Shown here: positions 22,035 through 33,748 of the stretch, piece by piece
How the letters are laid out: every line of letters starts with the position of its first letter
How positions within the stretch are numbered: position 1 is the stretch's first letter
Notes under the pieces: generated by a model
What the model saw: the letters and a program-made list of their open reading frames with translations, nothing else
Databases searched by the model: none
Told to the model about the DNA's origin: nothing
Assembly (NCBI GenBank): GCA_963728565.1
Contig: CAVSLC010000011.1
Span: 96,001-160,000, forward strand
Direction of reading: 5' to 3'
Source of the DNA: an uncultured delta proteobacterium
Lineage (GTDB): Bacteria > Desulfobacterota > Binatia > UBA9968
Length of the DNA: 64,000 bases
Translations under genes and position numbers: made by a program

Positions 22035-25000
22035 TTAGCTCATCCTTACTGAAACCACTTTAGATACCCCTGGCTCTGCCATGGTAATCCCATAGAGAAC
22101 CTCGGCGGCTTGCATGGTCTTTTTGTTGTGTGTGATCAGCACAAACTGTGAAAATTCGCTCATTTCTTTAATCAGCTCATTAAAACGATCAACGTTGGCG
22201 TCGTCGAGGGGAGCGTCGACTTCGTCAAGGAAGCAAAATGGACTTGGTTTGGTAAGAAAAATCGCAAACAGCAAGCTGACCGCCGTCAACGCTTTCTCAC
22301 CGCCCGAGAGCAGTGTGATCGATTGCAGTTTTTTCCCGGGCGGTTGAACCACGATGTCCACGCCTGTTTCAAGATAGTCATTTTCATCGGTCAACACCAG
22401 CCTGGCTTTGCCGCCGCGGAACATGCGCGGAAAAATCGATTGAAACTTCTGGTTGATCTCTTCGAAGCTCTCCTTGAAACGAACGCGACAGACACGGTTG
22501 AGCTTGACAATTGTTTGCTGAAGATCGGCGATCGATTTCTCCAGATCTTCCTTTTGCCGGTTCATGAACTGAAAGCGCGTAGTCAGTTCTTCGTACTCCC
22601 CGATAGCCGCCATGTTAACGTCGCCCATACGTTCGATGCGCGCGCGCAGGTCTTCGATTTCGATCATCAGCTCATTTGACGCGGCCGCGTTGCCATCCGG
22701 GGCCTCTACCGATCCGAGATCGACGCCGTACTTATCGCGCACGCCATCGGCAAGATGCTGCAGATTGAGCCGCTTCTCGGTAAGTGTCACCTGAAGCCGG
22801 TTCTTTTCCTCCTGACACGTTTCGGCGCGAGGTCGCAGCTCTTTTATCAACTCGTCAATTTCCGTCAGCTGTTTCGAAATCTCTCGATATCTCTGGCGCT
22901 CGTTCTGCAGCTTTTCCTCTAGCTGCTGCACCGTCGCGCGGCTCGAGGCCACTGTTTGCTTCCGTTTGCGTAAGCGCATTTTGGATTTCGCCTCTCCGCC
23001 GCTGGATATCGGCAATTTGTCCGCGGCGGCTACCAATTTGCTCGCCGGCTTCCTCCTGAAGCTTGATCCGGTTATCAAGATTCACATGAGTATTTTCGCG
23101 TTTTTCGCCTAAAGCGGCAGCGCGAATCCGCGACTGTGTAACCGCGGCTTCGACGGACTCCAATGACTTCTTGCGTTCCAGGAATCCAGCTTGGATTTCG
23201 GCGAGCTTCTCCTCCCGTTCGGCCTTTTCAATCGCCCGTTTTTCGCGAATCGCATTATCTTCTTTGATTTCGTCTATCAGATCTTCCAAGGTCGCGTTCA
23301 AATCACGTTGCTCTTGAAGCAGCACGTCAATGGTTTGTCTGAGCCGTTGCGAATCTTGTTGAGTCGAACGATGTTCGTGCTCGTTGCGCACCCGCTCCAA
23401 TTCCAGACGATGAATTTCACTCCCTAAAAGCGTCTTTTTAGCTTCGGCTTGTTGTAGATTAGTTTTAAATTCAACGAGCTCCCGCTCTTCGACTTGCATC
23501 TGACTTTCAAGCTCAGTAAGCAGAAGCCCAAGCTCTTTCATGCGCCGGCGCTGGCTTAAGAAGCTGCCTTCCAGCGAGTCTTCACTGCCTCCGGTGACCA
23601 CTCCCATGGGGTCGATGACCTCTCCTTCGGGAGTCACCAGAGTGCTGTAATAACCATTGCGATGCCATAAGGCCAAACCGGATCGCAGATCCTGCACGAC
23701 AACGACATCCGATAGGAGATATTCGGCGACATCCCGATAGCCTTCTTTGACCGAGATTAATTCCAGCAATGGGGCGACCACTTCCGCCTCCCCCACTGGT
23801 AGCGGACGATCACACTTGCGCGTCATCCGGACCGGAATAAAGCTGCCTCTCCCGGAGGCCTTTTGCTTCAGGAATTCAATGGCCTCGATGCCTTCGTCAT
23901 GACCTTTAACAATCATGTACTGCAGCCGGTCTCCCAGAACCGCAGTCAACGCTTTTTCGTAGATAACGGGAGCCTCGATCACCTCGGTCACCAAACCGTA
24001 GACGCCCTCGGCAGCGGCTTCCTCTTGCCGTTTTAGCATGATGGCTCGGACGCCTTCTTGGTAACCTTCATAGTTTTTTTGTAAATCTTCGAGAGACAAT
24101 AACCGGGAGCGGCTTTCTTGAATCCGTTCTTTGAGAGCTTCGATCGTTTTTTCCTGCTCGTCTTTGCTCCGGGTTAGGCTTTGGATCAGGGCGACGACTT
24201 GCGTATACTCAAGGTTCCGTTCTCCGGATTGTTCCAGAGACGCCTCTAGCGCGCGCTCGGCTTCATTTCTTTTGCTTTCGATCAGCTCCAAAGATGTGGC
24301 CGCGGCCGAGTGCTCCTCCCGGTTTCGCTCCAGAGCGCGATCGGTTTCATCGCGCCGCCGTTCCTTAGCAGTCACATCATTCTTCAGATAAACAAGGTGA
24401 TTGGCGATTTCGATGAGCGCCGCCTTTTCGCTCTCAAGGCCAGACTGCAGAGCCTGGATCTCGGCCTGGAGTTTTTCCAGCTCAGCTTCGTTTTCGCGCA
24501 GAAAACTCTCCTCAAAAAGCGACAACTGGATGAAGCTTTCTTTGGCCTTATTGAGTTCTTCGATCTCCCGGGCGAGCGTTTTGAGCTTGTCATCGAGCTG
24601 CGCTAACGCGGTCAGGGTTTGGGCTTCATTCTCGTTTAGTTGCGACAAATCCTTTTTGAAGAAGTCGATGCGCTGCTCTTCTGATTGAAGCTGCATTTTT
24701 GCCTGGTAAACATTTTCCTGTTGTAAACTGATTTCTTTCTCCAGCTCCATCAGTGAAAAGCGGACCGCTTCGCTCTCGGATTCTTTGCCGTGCAAACTGT
24801 TCAAATATTCAGCCAGGCGATTCTCCGCAACAGCGAGATAGGCTTGCTGGGTGGCGATCTCCTGGTTCAGCGACTGCCGATGCAGGCTTGCGCATAGCAG
24901 ATCCTTCTCTCGAAGCTCCGCTTTAAGGGCCTTGTAGCGCTCTGCCTTTCTCGCCTGTAACTCCATGGTGCGGATCTGTCGTTCAATCTCCCGAACGATG

Positions 25001-25587
25001 TCAGTAACTCGAAACAGGTTCTGTTGCGTGCGCTCGAGTTTCCGCTCGGCTACCAGCTTGCGGCTTTTGTATTTACTAGTGCCGGCTGCCTCTTCGATCA
25101 GAACTCTACGTTCTTCGGGTTTTGAATTGACCAGTTCATCGACTCGGCCTTGCTCGACGATTGAATACGCCTTGCTGCCGACTCCCGTGCCTAGAAACAG
25201 ATCAATAACGTCTTTCAGGCGGCATGGGGTCTTGTTGATTGCGTATTCAGATTCCCCGGAGCGGAAGAGACGCCGGGTAACCATAATTTCGCTGAAGCTG
25301 CTGTATTCAACGGGGCCGCGCGCATCTTCATTGTCGAAGGTCAGCGAAACTTCGGCCATTCCCGTTGCGGACAGGCTGTCGCTGCCTGCGAAGACCACAT
25401 CTTCCATTTGTTGGCCGCGCAGGTGACGCGCGCTTTGTTCGCCCATGGCCCAGCGCAAAGCATCGACTATATTCGATTTCCCGCAGCCATTCGGACCAAC
25501 GATCGCGGTGATTCCGGGGTTGAGTTCCACCAATGTTTTATCGGCGAACGATTTAAAGCCCACCATCTCAAGGCGTTTTAAGCGCAT
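22035..25587 (-). CDS. smc: chromosome segregation protein SMC (one apparent 1-bp frameshift near 22955)
   Basis: GPNGCGKSN Walker A, hinge, LSGGE and DEVDAPLD; two ORFs (22855..25587, 22035..23078) join to ~1180 aa at ..TQTE/TVASS.. Confidence 0.93.
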
Positions 25588-25681
25588 AATCGTTTAATGT
25601 CAGACACTTACGAAGCGACGGAGTGAATCAATGGATTGCTTGGCAATATAGTCCATCAGTGCGGATAACTGTCAAGAAAAT

Positions 25682-25729
25682 TAACCATATAAAGTGGCTA
25701 AAGGCGCGATTCGCTACTATATATAGGAT
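25682..25729. promoter_or_regulatory. tandem NrdR-box-like sites upstream of smc
   Basis: cores CCATATAAAG (25685) and CTATATATAG (25717), 32 bp apart; consensus CwAtATaTwG. Confidence 0.5.
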
Positions 25730-25748
25730 ATAGGAGAAGCGGGGACGC

Positions 25749-26381
25749 CTATTTCTCGAGCAGCTCAGTGTTCCAGTAGGATGCGTCGACGGTGTTCAAG
25801 AAGGGTAGCCATTCCTTATAACGAGAGAGACTGAAGGTTTCCTGCATAAAAGGGGTCCACTGGGGTCTCACTGGCCGGCGCGCCAATGTCATACCCGCCT
25901 GTTGCGGAGTCCGGCCGCCCTTCAATCGATTACAGTCCTGGCATGAACAGACCACATTCTCCCATGTGGATGTGCCCCCTTGCGTCCGGGGTATGACATG
26001 ATCCAGGTTGAGTTCGTGCCGCGGCCGTCTGTGGCCGCAATACTGGCAAGTGCACTTATCGCGGGCATAAATATTATAGCGACTAAAGCGAACCTGACGC
26101 TTGGGCATGCGGTCATAACTGACGAGCAGAATCACCCGCGGGACCCGGATTACCCGATTGACCATGCCCACCGATTCGTCGTGCACAGTGACCGACAGGT
26201 CGCTCCAGCTCTCAAAATCGAAAGTTTGGTATTGTTCATTTACCGCCTTGGCGATTCCCTGGTAAAGGAGGGTAAAGGCGCGGCGCACGGAAGTAACATG
26301 GATCGGTAAATAGGAACGATTGAGAATCAGTACCTTGGTGTTGAGTACGGAATAAACCGGGATAGTAGCGGAATAGTTCAT
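25749..26381 (-). CDS. HNH endonuclease (McrA-like)
   Basis: RD..CQYCG..LNLDHVIPR..GG..WENVVCSCQDCN..KG. Confidence 0.9.
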   Translation of the reverse strand: MNYSATIPVYSVLNTKVLILNRSYLPIHVTSVRRAFTLLYQGIAKAVNEQYQTFDFESWSDLSVTVHDESVGMVNRVIRVPRVILLVSYDRMPKRQVRFSRYNIYARDKCTCQYCGHRRPRHELNLDHVIPRTQGGTSTWENVVCSCQDCNRLKGGRTPQQAGMTLARRPVRPQWTPFMQETFSLSRYKEWLPFLNTVDASYWNTELLEK

Positions 26382-26615
26382 TAAAGCTTTGGCATGGCTC
26401 GACGATTACAGTCCGCGATTACGGCTAAAATACGGGTCAGGTCCGTCAATGTCAAACGAGCGCAAATTCGCGATGCTGCTTGAAGTCGCAACTGATTTCC
26501 TCTATAAAGACACCAGCCGCCCCCGATGACTGTTGGGACTTCCGATGCCGAACGGCACTCCGTTCCCGCATTTCCCGCCTCTTCCGTACATCCCGTCGAA
26601 TTCTATAAGGTATCT

Positions 26616-28127
26616 ATGAAGCAAGAAATTTTTATCAACTCGTCTCCTCAGGAGAGCCGCATCGCGATCATGGAAGACGGCGTTCTCGCCGAATTTTTGA
26701 TTGAACGCAAAGAGGATCGAGGCATCGCAGGCAACATTTACAAAGGGAAGGTCGAGCGGGTTTTGCCCGGAATGCAGGCCGCGTTCGTCGATATCGGCAT
26801 GGACAAAGCGGCCTTTTTACATGCATCGGACTTCTTTAGCGTTCCCGAAGATGTGCAACTGATCTCGCCGTCCGGCGACGACGTCGAGTTCGATGATGTC
26901 CCTAAACCCGCCCCTAACCGGCGGCTGCCGCTTGAGAAGCAGGTTTCACGGGGTGAAGAAATTCTAGTCCAAGTTGCCAAGGACCCATTAGGCACAAAAG
27001 GAGCTCGGATAACCTCGCACGTATCGCTTCCCGGCCGTTATATGGTCTTTATGCCGAACACCAAGCACATCGGTATTTCCAGGCGGATCGAGAGCGAAGA
27101 GGAACGCAAACGCCTCAAGGAGATTGCCCAATCCCTCGGTACGACCGATGGCGGTTTCATCCTCCGAACGGCTTCAGAAGGACAAAGCAAACGGGAAATC
27201 CACCGAGATCTCAGGTTTCTCACCAAGCTCTGGAAAAGAATTCAGGAGAAAGCTGACAAGGCCCCGGCGCCTGCGTTGATTCACCAGGATCTCGACTTGA
27301 TTACGCGCACGATACGGGATTTCTTCACTACCGATACCGAGCATGTGGTCATCGATTCGGCCAAAGACCACCGCCGCATCGCCGATTTCGTCGGCCATTT
27401 CATGCCCCGGCTCAAATCGAAGCTCGTGTTATATCCTGAAAAAGAGCCGCTTTTTGACCGGCACGGGATTGAAGAGAAGATCGAAAAGGCGCTGGACCGG
27501 CGCGTCTGGCTACGTTCGGGCGGTTACATCATCATCGAGAGGACCGAGGCGCTCACCGCTATTGATGTCAATACCGGACGCTTCGTCGGCAAAAGAGATC
27601 AAGAAGAGACCATTCTTAAGACCAACATGGAAGCCACCTCGGAGGTGGTGCGCCAACTTAGGCTACGAAATCTCGGCGGAATTATCATCATCGATTTTAT
27701 CGACATGGAAAAAGAGGGAAACCGCAAGAAGGTCTATGAAGCGCTCAAGAACGCGCTCAAGAAAGATAAAGCCCGTACCAACATCCTGAAAATTTCGGAG
27801 CTGGGTTTGGTCGAGATGACTCGGCAAAGAACCCGCGAGAGTTTGGAAAATCAACTGCTAAGTCCCTGTCCCCATTGTGATGGCCGGGGCCGCATCAAGT
27901 CCTCTGTCACCGTCGCCTACGATATTTTGCGCGCAGTCAAGAAACAGCAGACGAGCTTGGAAAATGGCAAGAACATCGTGCTACGGCTTCATCCAAGCGT
28001 GGCCAATTTTCTTTATGATGAGAAGGCCAACAGCCTGGAGGCGCTGGAGCGGGAAATCAATCACAAAATCATTATCAAAGTGAGCGAGGATTTGGGCCAC
28101 CAGCAATACGAAATCTCCACGACGTGA
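26616..28127 (+). CDS. rng: Rne/Rng family ribonuclease (RNase G-like)
   Basis: GNIYKGKV.RVLPGMQAAFVDIG, AIDVNTG, RLRNLGGIIIIDFIDM, CPHCDGRG. Confidence 0.92.
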   Translation: MKQEIFINSSPQESRIAIMEDGVLAEFLIERKEDRGIAGNIYKGKVERVLPGMQAAFVDIGMDKAAFLHASDFFSVPEDVQLISPSGDDVEFDDVPKPAPNRRLPLEKQVSRGEEILVQVAKDPLGTKGARITSHVSLPGRYMVFMPNTKHIGISRRIESEEERKRLKEIAQSLGTTDGGFILRTASEGQSKREIHRDLRFLTKLWKRIQEKADKAPAPALIHQDLDLITRTIRDFFTTDTEHVVIDSAKDHRRIADFVGHFMPRLKSKLVLYPEKEPLFDRHGIEEKIEKALDRRVWLRSGGYIIIERTEALTAIDVNTGRFVGKRDQEETILKTNMEATSEVVRQLRLRNLGGIIIIDFIDMEKEGNRKKVYEALKNALKKDKARTNILKISELGLVEMTRQRTRESLENQLLSPCPHCDGRGRIKSSVTVAYDILRAVKKQQTSLENGKNIVLRLHPSVANFLYDEKANSLEALEREINHKIIIKVSEDLGHQQYEISTT

Positions 28128-28129
28128 GT

Positions 28130-28777
28130 CTAGCTCTTGGGCCAAGCTCGGATTTCGGATTCCTTCCTTAACTTCCGCGAATCGTACACTTCCAGATGAG
28201 TGAATGCGGCGGGATTGCGCCTCGGCTTTGCGGCGGGCCAACTGCGCGCATGCCCTATGGGCACAACCCATAGAAGGCGCAGGCTGGTTGGAACTTTGAA
28301 CAACTCTCTGAGTTCGGGCTCAACTTCCTCGCGCACGGAGACCCAAACGGTGCCCAAATTCATACTCGCGGCGGCGAGCATCATCTGCTGCACCGCATTG
28401 GCGATGCTGGCCTGAAAGAGCTTCTCGCGGTCTGCCGGTTGCCGCGTCGTCAGATAAACTTGTTTGGTCCTGGCGTCGCCGCAGACCAGGACAATGACAC
28501 TGACATCTCCGACATAGTCCTTCTTCAAGCCTTTGTAGTTGATCGGATCTTCGCGTTTTCTCTCCCGCCATTCATTGTCATAGATCTGCCGGATACGTCT
28601 CATTTTCTCTCGGTCGCGAGTCACCACCAACTCCCAGGGTTGAGTGTTGGCGCCGGAAGGCGCCCAACGAGCTGCTTCCAAGATCGTCTCGAGCTGCTGG
28701 TCAGTGACTTTCCCGCTTTTGTAAACGCGGACACTGCGCCGTGTCTGGATGACTTCAAGTAGATTTTTGGGATCCAT
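28130..28777 (-). CDS. nitroreductase family protein
   Basis: RRSVRVY, ARWAPSGANTQPW, LAAASMNLGTVW. Confidence 0.88.
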   Translation of the reverse strand: MDPKNLLEVIQTRRSVRVYKSGKVTDQQLETILEAARWAPSGANTQPWELVVTRDREKMRRIRQIYDNEWRERKREDPINYKGLKKDYVGDVSVIVLVCGDARTKQVYLTTRQPADREKLFQASIANAVQQMMLAAASMNLGTVWVSVREEVEPELRELFKVPTSLRLLWVVPIGHARSWPAAKPRRNPAAFTHLEVYDSRKLRKESEIRAWPKS

Positions 28778-28908
28778 GAATGACACCTTTGATTTTGCCC
28801 CTTTCGAAAGAATTCGTCGCATAAAAACTCGACAGTAAAAAGCACAACAAGCTTGCCGGAAAATCGAGGTTCAGCTTTCCTCGCTCATGTTTTCGGCTTC
28901 TAGCCGTC

Positions 28909-30650
28909 TTACTGGGCGGAGATCTGACCGCGACGGCCGTACCACCACGCCGTCAGGATCAGCGGCGCAAGAACCACTGTCATGAGCAACGTAACGGCCG
29001 ATGCCTTGTTGATACTGCCGCTGTACCAGTAACTCCAAATGACTGCGGGCAACGTGATGTTGTCATGTACTGCGAGAAAAACCGCCACTGTCAACTCGCG
29101 ATACACCAACAGCGCGGACCAGATCCAAACCGAAAACAGGGTAGGGCGAATTAATGGAAATAGCACACGCCGAGCGGTTCGGAGGGTGGAAAGACCTGAA
29201 ACGAAAGCGGCCTCTTCGAGCTCCCGATGAATTTGCAAGAGCGAGCCGTTGAGCGCGCGAGTGGCAAAGGCGAGGCGGGCAACGACATAGACCACCGCAA
29301 TCAGCCAGACCGAGCCATAGAGCGGGATGCTGTTGCCGAAAACGAACAAGGACAGGAGCAATGCGCCGATCGCGAGGATCACCTCCGGCAGAGCATGAGG
29401 TAGGAACGCGCCAAACTCGAGAGCGTAACGTGCCCGGCTGCGCGACCGCACGATCAGCCATGAGATACTAAAGGCCAGCAACAACACCGCCACTGGAACC
29501 ACTGCTACCAGAATCGCGGTGTTGGCCAAGCCGCGCATGACCAGTTCCCAATCCATGCCGTAGAAATGGCTGAACGAAAGGTTTCCCAGCATCGCCACCG
29601 AAGGCGGAACGAAATAGGGTGTCAGAGCGGCGTATGTAATCAAAAGTAGTGGCAGGAGCTTCGACATCAACGTATAAACGCCGATGAAGCACCACGCGGC
29701 GATCGACCACTTGCCAAGCGGCAAGAGTGTCGGCTTGTATCCTTTTCCGGTTACGACTTCGAAGCGATGACCCTGCCGTAGTACCTGGCTGTACCAAAGA
29801 GTGAGCAGGCCGGCGACAATGATCATGAACGCGCCGACGACTCCGGTAATTCCGTATTCGGGCAAGCCGGCGCCCTGCGGGTGGACTTTCAAATAGATAA
29901 AAGTGCTGAGCATGTAGACTCGATTGCCCAAGCCGAGGATCGCCGGAATGTCAAATGTCGCGATTCCGATAGTCAATATGTAGATCACGGCCGCCAAAAT
30001 GCCTGGGCGGGCCAAGGGTAGGGTTACCGCCAAAGGATTTTACCGAAGCCCATTCCGTGGACGCGCGCCGCCTCCTCGAGAGTTGGATTCATGGCGCGAA
30101 ACATCTGCGCGGTCAGAATGAACGCCAACGCGGAGAGACTCAATCCTTGCACGAAACCCATGCCGATGGGGGTGGCGATATTGATCGGAGCGTCATTCAG
30201 GCTGAAAATATCGACCAGCCAGCGGTTTAAAATCCCGATGCGCGGATGGGCGATCAGCGTCCATCCCATCGCCGTATAGATGCCCGGAATCAGCAGCCCA
30301 AGTGTCATAATCCCATAGATCAGCGTCTTGCCAGGAAGATCGCTTCGTTCCGCCAACCAGGCGATCGGCAAGCCGAATATCAGCGCGACCGCGGTTGCGG
30401 TGATCGTGAAAATTATCGTATTAGCGGCGACACGCAGCACAAAAGGATCGCTGAAAACCTCGATATAATTGCCGAGTGTGTAGATCGCGCTGGGCGTGCC
30501 GACGGCGCCCTTCTGAACGCTGACCCAGAACATCACCATCACCAGCGTCAGGATTGCCGCCATCGGCACAAGGGCGATGGACAAGAGAGCCGAGGAAGTT
30601 TGACCTCTTTGATCAAGGCCGGCAACGAATCGCGATAAGAGTTGTTTCAT
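28909..30650 (-). CDS. FbpB-type ABC permease (apparent 1-bp frameshift near 30027)
   Basis: two EAA loops (LEEAARVHG, LEEAAFVSG); halves join as GFGKILWR-VTLPLARP. Confidence 0.85.
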
Positions 30651-30815
30651 AAGTGTTGGCCTAAAACGAACTCTCTTGTTTAAACGAGTATTTAGTTACA
30701 CCGCCCAATATATCCTGAAGAAAGCAAGCTAAGGAGGGTGAAACTCGCCTCGACATCCTACGAAACCATTTTCAAAACAAAGGCCGAGGGCTCTTAAGCG
30801 AAATTCCGCGCTAGT

Positions 30816-31919
30816 CTACTTGCCGGCATCGCGTAGAATCGCTTCCAGCTCCTTTTGTGTTTCCGCATAGTTCTTAAAAGAGGCGAGCCACTCAGGCGAG
30901 CTGATGATGACCTTGCCTTTGGCGGCGCGGACTGTCTCGAGCTCCCTTTTGGTCTGGGAGCCGGGAAACAAATGCAGGTCCAAACCATCATGCCTCCATA
31001 ATAGTTCTTGCCCTTCCGCGCTCATCAGATAGTTGATCAGCAGCGCGCCGGCGTTAGGCGAGCGTGAATTTTTTGGTACGGCGGCGTATCGCATGTGCAG
31101 CACGGTGCCTTCCTCGATTACCGTGTGACCCAGAGGGGCGCCGGCGCGCTTTAAGACATTGACGTCGTTGCCGCCGCAGGTGAAGGCCAGCATGAGGAAT
31201 TCACCGCTGGTGATCCGCTCTGCCTCGCCGCATCGCATCAATCCGCCAATCTGCTTGGATAGTTTTCTGGTGAAATCGATCATTTTTTCGCGGCCCAAAA
31301 AATCGGGTGTGGCAAATTCCCGCATGCCCGCCGCATAGGGAGTCGAAGCGATCTTGCCTTTCCACTTCGGATTGAGGACGTCTTCGAGGCGCCGGGGAAT
31401 GTCGGCGCCTTTTACCAGAGAGGTATTGTACTGAATTCCGACCACGGCTGTGGCGATCGCCACATGGGTGCCGTCAGCGGCTATGGCGTTAAATTTTCCT
31501 TCGGGACTGGGTTTGTCTGCGATAAAGGTGTTATAAGTCATGGGCTTTAGCAGGCTCGACTTCAAGCCATCGAACATTGCCTGAGCGTTGCCCAGATAGA
31601 CGTCCGTGCTGGCCGGTTGGCCAGCGGCGTTTTCCTGGATAATGCGCAGCATCAAACGCTGCATGTCGGGGCCTGGCGTGTACTGGCCTTTCAGGTCAAG
31701 CTTGTACTTTTTGTTCATGCCGGCGAGAATCTCTTTAAATCCTTCGCTCCCGCCAAAGCTGTTTTGGCCCCACTGACCGCGCAACATGCCTTCTTTCCTG
31801 GCACCCTCGATGATCTGGGCCAGTGTCTCGGCCTCGGCCAGCGCAGCCATGGTAGCTAGCGTGATCATCACTGTCAGTGCCCAAGTTGAGAGCCGCGCCA
31901 TTGAGTTGTGCACGATCAT
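30816..31919 (-). CDS. ABC transporter substrate-binding protein (AfuA/Fe3+/thiamine-like cluster)
   Basis: signal peptide; YNTSLV..P..EDVLNPKWKGKI; PNAGALLINYLMSAEGQ. Confidence 0.8.
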   Translation of the reverse strand: MIVHNSMARLSTWALTVMITLATMAALAEAETLAQIIEGARKEGMLRGQWGQNSFGGSEGFKEILAGMNKKYKLDLKGQYTPGPDMQRLMLRIIQENAAGQPASTDVYLGNAQAMFDGLKSSLLKPMTYNTFIADKPSPEGKFNAIAADGTHVAIATAVVGIQYNTSLVKGADIPRRLEDVLNPKWKGKIASTPYAAGMREFATPDFLGREKMIDFTRKLSKQIGGLMRCGEAERITSGEFLMLAFTCGGNDVNVLKRAGAPLGHTVIEEGTVLHMRYAAVPKNSRSPNAGALLINYLMSAEGQELLWRHDGLDLHLFPGSQTKRELETVRAAKGKVIISSPEWLASFKNYAETQKELEAILRDAGK

Positions 31920-31971
31920 ATAAGCCTCCTTCGGTTTACACATTTGATCACAAACAAGTCGATCGCCGGGT

Positions 31972-33048
31972 TTATACTCGGGACGGAAACACCATGATGT
32001 CGGAAGGATTCACATGACATGATGTCGCGCCGCCGGAACTTTCCGGAACCGTGCGGCTTTTTCCAAACAGTTGATGCTCGTTTACCACCGCCGTGTAGAC
32101 AAATTGATCCCCGAGAAACGTGCTCGAACCGATCTTGGCGCGAAAGGTATTGCCATCGAGTTGCGCCCCAGGATCGAACAATGACAGACACTCGGGACGA
32201 AACCCCAGCAACACTTTCTCGCCGATCTTCGATGAGCTCTCGATTTTTAATTTGCCGATGGCTGAATCGGCTACGCCGAATTCGACCACTTGAGCGTCCA
32301 ACCAATTTACCGAGCCGAAAAACTCGGCCACGTCGGCGCAGCTGGGCTTGTGATAGATTTCCAAGGGCGCGCCTACTTGCAGAAGTTCGCCGGCTTGCAT
32401 GAGAGCAATCCTGTCGGCGATCGCCATAGCCTCGATTTGGTCGTGGGTGACGTAGAGCATCGTCGAGCCGAGCTGCTTTGCCAGCTCGCGGATTTTACCG
32501 CGGACTTCTTCTCGCAGCCGCGCATCCAAATTACTTAGCGGCTCGTCCATCAATACGATCCGCGAATTCACCGCGATGGCGCGCGCCAACGCGACCCGCT
32601 GTTGCTGCCCGCCGCTGAGCAAAGTCGCGGGTCGATCGGCTTGTTCTTCCAATTGCACCAGCCGTAAAGCTTCCTTGACCCGTTGGGCGACTTCCCGGCG
32701 AGGAATCCGCTGCGATCCCTCAGCCAGAGGTAACGCGATGTTCTCGCAAACGGAAAGGTGAGGCCAGACTGCGTAGGACTGAAAAACCATGCCCAGCTTG
32801 CGCTGCTGCGGAGGGATCCAGGTTGGAGGATTGTCAGAGGAGACGACTCTGTCGCCGATGCGGATTTCGCCGGAATCAGGAGTTTCCAGGCCGGCAATGC
32901 AGCGCAGTAGAGTGGTTTTTCCCGAGCCGCTGGCGCCGACGATGACGAAGAGTTCACCCTCCGCTATTTCAAGATCGAGAGACCTGATGGCTGCGATGAC
33001 GCCGTCGCTAACGTCGAAACGTTTCTGCAAACGGCGGATTGAGATCAT
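31972..33048 (-). CDS. ABC transporter ATP-binding protein (FbpC/PotA type)
   Basis: GASGSGKTT, LSGGQQQRVALARA, DEPLSNLD, C-terminal TOBE-like region. Confidence 0.93.
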   Translation of the reverse strand: MISIRRLQKRFDVSDGVIAAIRSLDLEIAEGELFVIVGASGSGKTTLLRCIAGLETPDSGEIRIGDRVVSSDNPPTWIPPQQRKLGMVFQSYAVWPHLSVCENIALPLAEGSQRIPRREVAQRVKEALRLVQLEEQADRPATLLSGGQQQRVALARAIAVNSRIVLMDEPLSNLDARLREEVRGKIRELAKQLGSTMLYVTHDQIEAMAIADRIALMQAGELLQVGAPLEIYHKPSCADVAEFFGSVNWLDAQVVEFGVADSAIGKLKIESSSKIGEKVLLGFRPECLSLFDPGAQLDGNTFRAKIGSSTFLGDQFVYTAVVNEHQLFGKSRTVPESSGGATSCHVNPSDIMVFPSRV

Positions 33049-33219
33049 AGAATGAGGCTAGCTAATTGCTGTGTTGGTCTCGGCGCTAAGTGTCAATCGT
33101 TATCTGTCGTGCCATGCGCGAGGATTATCGGCGCAGGTTTTGGCGAAATACCTCCGGAGATCACTACCGTGTCGATGGTCGAAACAAGTCCGGCCAGACG
33201 AGCCAATCTTTTGAGAGCT

Positions 33220-33729
33220 TCAGCGATATTCGGCGCCCGGTAAGGGATTGGCAACCGCCTCTTCCAGGGTAGTTGCGCGCCGCCACTCGTTTGCCGGACG
33301 GCTTCTCCCGTCTTCGCCAATCTGGTCCATGGAAGCGTAAATTTCGATTTGATAACCGTCCGGGTCAAGAAATTCGACCCCGGGATTTCCGCCCGGCCCG
33401 CGGCGGCCCTCATATGTAATGGTCACACCCTTTGATTTCAGAAAATCACGAATTTTGAAGAGCTCTGAAACGGTTGCGACCTCGAGGGCAAAATGATCGA
33501 ACCCCACTTGGCCCCGTTTCGGCAGCGGCGTGTTTTCCTTGGCTTGCATCAACGCAACCGTGTGATGATCGGTTGCGTTGCGAAAGAAGACCATGCCGGT
33601 TTCATTACGATCCGAGAATTTGAAGCCCATGATCTCAGTCCAGAATTTACTGGTCCGTTCCAAGTCGCTGACCGTGTAAACCACATGGCCGATTTTTTTT
33701 ATTTTGATTGGAGATTGTTCGTCCGCCAT
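33220..33729 (-). CDS. VOC/glyoxalase family protein
   Basis: IGHVV, DHHTVAL, DHFALEV, EFLDPDGYQIE. Confidence 0.88.
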   Translation of the reverse strand: MADEQSPIKIKKIGHVVYTVSDLERTSKFWTEIMGFKFSDRNETGMVFFRNATDHHTVALMQAKENTPLPKRGQVGFDHFALEVATVSELFKIRDFLKSKGVTITYEGRRGPGGNPGVEFLDPDGYQIEIYASMDQIGEDGRSRPANEWRRATTLEEAVANPLPGAEYR

Positions 33730-33748
33730 AAGTCCTCCTTGCCCTAGT

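Noticed and set aside
25749-26381. HNH gene as homing endonuclease or defence gene
   Set aside because: Host-like composition, no flanking repeats, and a common stand-alone family amid housekeeping genes.
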